The position numbers and the translations under genes were made by a program. Shown here piece by piece: positions 58,686 to 64,000 of a stretch of DNA of 64,000 bases (positions within the stretch are counted from its first letter, which is position 1; the number at the start of each line of letters is the position of its first letter). The DNA comes from the human T2T-CHM13v2.0 reference genome, Homo sapiens. The stretch lies in the NCBI RefSeq assembly GCF_009914755.1, contig NC_060925.1. One strand, written 5' to 3'. Below the pieces are notes generated by a model. It made no database searches. It worked only from the letters and a program-made list of their open reading frames with translations, and had not been told where the DNA came from.

Positions 58686-60117
58686 ATTTTCTTCCCCTAA
58701 CAGTACAGTGGAATATAGTAATATGTAAACTTTTATTCCATAAGTTTTAACATGCAATAATTACCTTTTAATTTCTAAATGTCTATAAAGAAACAAGTGC
58801 TAAAGGGCATTACTTATACCCTAACAGGTTTAGCATGTTAACCAACAATTAATAGAGGCTTAATACATTTGTCTTTTTAATTGACTTTTGGTTGAGCGAT
58901 GTGTAGTGTGTAACTTTAGAAAAGTCAAATTATTTATAAAATGGGGTCTAATACCTGCTATGACTACTTGAGAGAGGTAGTAAAAATACTAAAAACAGTG
59001 GTGCATATGAAAATTATCTGAAAAAATAAAATACAGTGTACAATATAAAGTATGTCATCATTATCATCATTTTGAAATGTTTCATACCTAGTTTAATAAT
59101 ATTTCTGTATTTTACACCTAAGCACCTTGTAAAAATATATAAGAAAGGACTGTTACTGTATTATATTTATTCTATAAATAAACTTAAGACACGTAAGCTA
59201 AATGACTCACCCATGGGAATCACAATAAATCAGAGGAGGAATCGATCTGTATTTCTTATTTATCTCAGTCTAGAGTTAAAGACACTTTCACTATAAAGCA
59301 ATAGATGCTAAATTTCAAAGTGTAAAAGTATTCCCAATGAAAATAACCTTTAATCCAGGCAAATCTTGCTTTAAGCAAACTCGATATTTACACAAAAGAT
59401 AAAATAAGGGGTGAGTATTTGCTTTATAAAGGAATTCATCATAGGATTATAATGAGTTACCCATGTGCATTTAAAATAAGTTTGATTTACATACAATTCC
59501 TCAGGTAAATATCCTCTACTTCAAACTGAAATAAAAGTAAAATATATCAATTGCACAATCGATTAATAAATCATATTTATCTCTATTTAAAAGCAAGTAT
59601 CTCATAAGTGATTGGAAAAAGAAAGGAAAACTTTCTGGAACCATGTACAGAGTACATAAATGGAGGCCAAATTAATAAGAAGTAACTCCATTTTTATGCT
59701 TACATGTATTTTTAATGTAGTCATATATTAATTTTATTTTTAACATTTTAATATTTGTAGTTTTAAAAAGTCAACAGAATAATTAAAAGAGAATTTCAAA
59801 ACGTAGGTTACTTTTACTGAGAAATTAGATACTAATTTCTCTAGCTGGATTGAGGCTCTTGTCTTTTTTGCATGTAGCTCTCTAGTTATCTTAGTCAGTA
59901 TTTCATTTCTCTGTGCTACATATTTCTGATTAAAAAAACCTATCATACATTAATGATTAGACTTTAAATATAGTAATATGTTTTTCAAGGAAATAATTAC
60001 TAGATGTTATTTAAGACAATTCATACATTGTTGTGTTATTTTATTAAAATGATCGCGTTTTTATAATTATGACACTCTGGAAGGTTTTTCAGTATCTGTC
60101 TTCAAAAATAAGACTGC

Positions 60118-60378
60118 AGCCTGGAGTGGTGGCGCACGCCCATAATCCCAGCACTTTGGGATGAGAAGGCGGGTGGATCACTTGAGGTCAGGAGTTCAAG
60201 ACCAGCCTAGGTAACATGGTGAAACCTCATATCTACTAAAAGTACAAAAAAGTGGCTGGGGGTGGTGGTGCACGCCTCTAGTCCCAGCTACTTAGGAGGC
60301 TGAGGCACAAGAATCACTTGAACCTGGGAGGCGGAAGTTGCAGTGCACCAAGATCGCGCCACTGCACTCCAGTCTGGA
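60118..60378 (+). mobile_element. AluS lacking the 3' end and poly(A) tail
   Basis: Stops at cactgcactccagtctgga. Confidence 0.9.
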
Positions 60379-61177
60379 GTGAGTCATCTGGCTTTTTCAT
60401 CCTCTAAATATAAAAGCAACATGTCTACTGAAATAAAGTTTGGTAGATACTAACATGTACCCCTACCTCACCCGCTCCCAGTAAAATACAAAACTAACCT
60501 GCAATCCCATCATCCAGTGATGACCAATTTTAGTGTTTATTTCTGGTGGTGATTTGTCTTATATCTTCTGCGAGCTAGTCTCTGAACTGAGCCTTTCTGA
60601 ACCTCAAGTTCTCATCTATAAAAATCAAGTGACTAGACTGGACAGCACCTAAGGCTCATTCTAGCTCTAGTACTTGCTTCTTCTGCCAATTATCAATTGT
60701 ATTTGACAAGTATTCAGTTGGTGCCTTCTGAATGCTTTCCATCACTAGCCAGCAGTAGAACTTGATAATCTTGAACCGAGAGCCTATGATTTGAGTGTAA
60801 CGCATTGTGATGTACATTGTAAGAGATTCAAAGTACAAGACAAAGTTTCCAACCTCGGCAAGTTCTTGGTCCATTAATGGGAATAAAACATGTATTTTAT
60901 AATTATACAACAAATAATAATATGATAAATACTGTAATCAAGTAAAAATAAAACTTAAAGGAAAAAATAGGAGAGATAGAGAATGCTGATACGAATTTGA
61001 GGGGAAACACCAATGATTCCTTAAAGTAGGTTATAGCAGATACTATTACTGCTTCCTCAATAGCTCTGAAACTGCCTCCTTCCAGATTTCTGGTTCTATC
61101 AGTAAACTAAACTGCTATTTGTTTAAACCACTATTTGTAGAATATTCTGTTACTTTTTCCTGAAAGCATGCTATACA

Positions 61178-62540
61178 ACAGTGGTCTTTACCATTTTTGA
61201 ATATGTATTGCCTGAAATAGTTATGAAAATTCCTCATGTAAGTTTAGGAAGACATCTAATATTCTTCAACAAAAATTTAAACATTTGCAAGGATTTAATT
61301 TTATATCAATTATAATTGATTATAAATTATCAACATGTTGATAATTTAAAATAAAACCATTATGCTACTCTTTGAAATATATACATTGGGACATAAATAT
61401 TATTGTGATTTGATATCCTCCACCATTTATTTAAAACAAAAACCAAACCAGGATGCACATTTCTTTAAAAGTTGAAAATTTTACATAGTTTATTTTTCTT
61501 CTTAAACTCCTGTTTAATATATATTTAATATATAATAATATATCGGGTAACAGCAAACATAAAAAATAAAACAACAGTAAACACAAAAATAAAATTTTAT
61601 TAGAAAGGCATCATTAATGAGCTTTCCCCCAAAATTAGTTCATTGATGAGTACGTCTTTTAGTGCCAATTCTATCACCATCTTTTAATTTTATAGAGTGC
61701 TCAGAAATCTTATTCATACAAATTGGTAAATGGAAATAAAAGGAACTTGGTTAGAGCAGTCATTTGATTATTTAAACACTTTCGGAGTTTTGTGCCCAAA
61801 GTCACAAAATGACTTCTAGGTTAAGAAATATTTTTAATAATCTACCAGTTGCTGAAAAAAAAGAATTAGAGGCCAGGTGCAGTGGCTCACATCTGTAATC
61901 CCAGCACTCTGGGAAGCTGAGGCGGGCAAATCACCTGCAGTCAGGAGTTTGAGACCAGCCTGGCCAACATGGTGAAACCCTGTATCCACTAAAAAAATAC
62001 AAAAAAAATTATCTGGGCGTGGTGGCGCACGCCTGTAGTCCCAGTTACTCTGGAGGCTGAGGCAGGAGAATCGTTTGAACTGGGAGGCAGAGGTTGCAGT
62101 GAGCTGAGATCACGCCACTGCACTCCAGCCTGGGTGACAGAGTGAGAATCCGTGTCAAAAGAAAAAATAAAATAAATAAAATAAAATAAACATAAAATAA
62201 AATTAGAAACTATATACCTAAATTTGCAAAATGCTTTATGATGTATTCATTAAATTCAATCCCTCCACATCAATACCAGCACAATATCTGAAATATCTCT
62301 GTTTACAGCCCGGAAAGATTTTATACTGTGCACCAAAGATTAGGATTGGTAGGGGTGTCTTTTTTCCCTAAGGAAGAAGAAAGGCACTGGGAAAAGTAAG
62401 AACCAGCAAAATAACCAGGGCTGATAATTTTCAGGAAAGACATCTATAAATGGAAGCAAGGGATTTGAAAATTGACTCCCTTAAAACTACTGCTGATTCT
62501 GCTAGAAATTATTTGTATATCCTGAGGGTATGAACACCTT
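61178..62540. mobile_element. Probable hAT-Charlie DNA transposon remnant interrupted by an Alu
   Basis: cagtggtc start and AT-rich transposase-remnant-like sequence. Family not certain. Confidence 0.4.
61871..62201 (+). mobile_element. AluS (Sx-like) with (AAAAT)n tail
   Basis: Full dimer with TSD aa(g/a)aattaga. Confidence 0.9.
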
Positions 62541-62877
62541 AGTTTTTCTACTATGAGATGCTGAATTTGATAATAAGAGTCAGTTTCATGTATCTAACTC
62601 AGGGAGCAGGAGGAATGAAAGAAGGGTAACAGGCAGTATAGAACCACTTATTCCAGCTAGGAAGTTGGGGAAGCATATAACTAAAACTCTCTGCCCAGAG
62701 TGGATACTGGCCATATACCTTCTTCTGTTAAAGGACCTGATGGGAAAATTTCAGATATTGGGTTTTTCTCCTAGAGCAACAAAAGAGACAAGCTGAAGTA
62801 AAATGGAGTCAGTTTTAAAGCAGATAGGCAGGTCAGTCCCTAGAAGGGCATCAACCTATGTAACTTAACTGGAAGTC

Positions 62878-62908
62878 TGTGTGTGTGTGTGTGTGTGTGT
62901 GTTTGTGT
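62878..62908. repeat. (TG)n microsatellite
   Basis: Directly visible. Confidence 0.9.
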
Positions 62909-63103
62909 CTATACAGCGTTGCCTGTATACTTATTTATTTGTGTAAAAGAAAATTCCCATGATGTGGTGTCCTGTGGCTTCTCCTTGTCAAGAGTGGGGT
63001 CTGTAAGGGACCTCCCCCACATTGGCTCTACATAGGTAAGGGGTGCGCCTGAAGAAAGGGATGAAAATACAGACTTACCAAATGAACCTATAAAACATTA
63101 TCA

Positions 63104-63601
<498 letters not shown>

Positions 63602-64000
63602 CTAAAGACCTATACCTACCTGCTGGAGGCCATGGCTTTGAACTGCCTCAGGGCGAAGCCATTAAACTAAGGAGACTAAGAGTAGAGGAAGAACATGGAG
63701 GCCAGCAGCATTTGCTGGCATGAAACTGCAACAACAAACACAACAGAAACCACTATATTTTTGATGAAATGCTAGTGCTGAAATAAACAACTTGGTCAAC
63801 AAGAGTCTGTGACTGTTTAGTTCCTTAGGCAGATGATAAACCCCTTACTTTCACCAACAAGAAATGGGCTGATAAAACTGTGCAGTACCCTGTAAGGCAT
63901 CTGCTGCAATGAACATATCAGCTGAGATCTTCAGAGGAAGAATAACAAGTTAGGTTCTCCAAGAGAGGAGAGAGAATTGCTTGCCAAACTGGATATATGC

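Overview
This is primate (most likely human) AT-rich genomic DNA, not prokaryotic. The whole 64 kb lies inside one minus-strand gene that I recognise from its spliced translation as GPATCH2 (G-patch domain protein 2, a DHX15 helicase cofactor). Three short coding exons are present: 49416-49455, 42740-42810 and 309-397. They splice in frame to [37 protein letters not shown]|[29 protein letters not shown](G). From memory these are exons 7-9 of 10, and the G-patch-encoding last exon lies beyond the left edge. The rest is intron filled with about 20 Alu/FLAM copies, a 5-kb internally deleted L1MA-type element, older L1M/L2/MIR remnants, solo LTRs (MER50-like, THE1A-like, MLT2-like), DNA transposons (MER82, Tigger3a, MER3) and microsatellites. 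None of the supplied ORFs is a real gene. I see no evidence for a new multi-gene system. The best leads are small-scale: candidate poison exons and a competing 3' splice site that would truncate GPATCH2 before its G-patch, a tail-to-tail Alu hairpin containing a G-quadruplex motif, a perfect 18-bp inverted repeat whose spacer appears inverted, and an in-frame RT-deleted L1. Repeat subfamily names and boundaries were assigned by eye from remembered consensus motifs and need RepeatMasker/Dfam confirmation.
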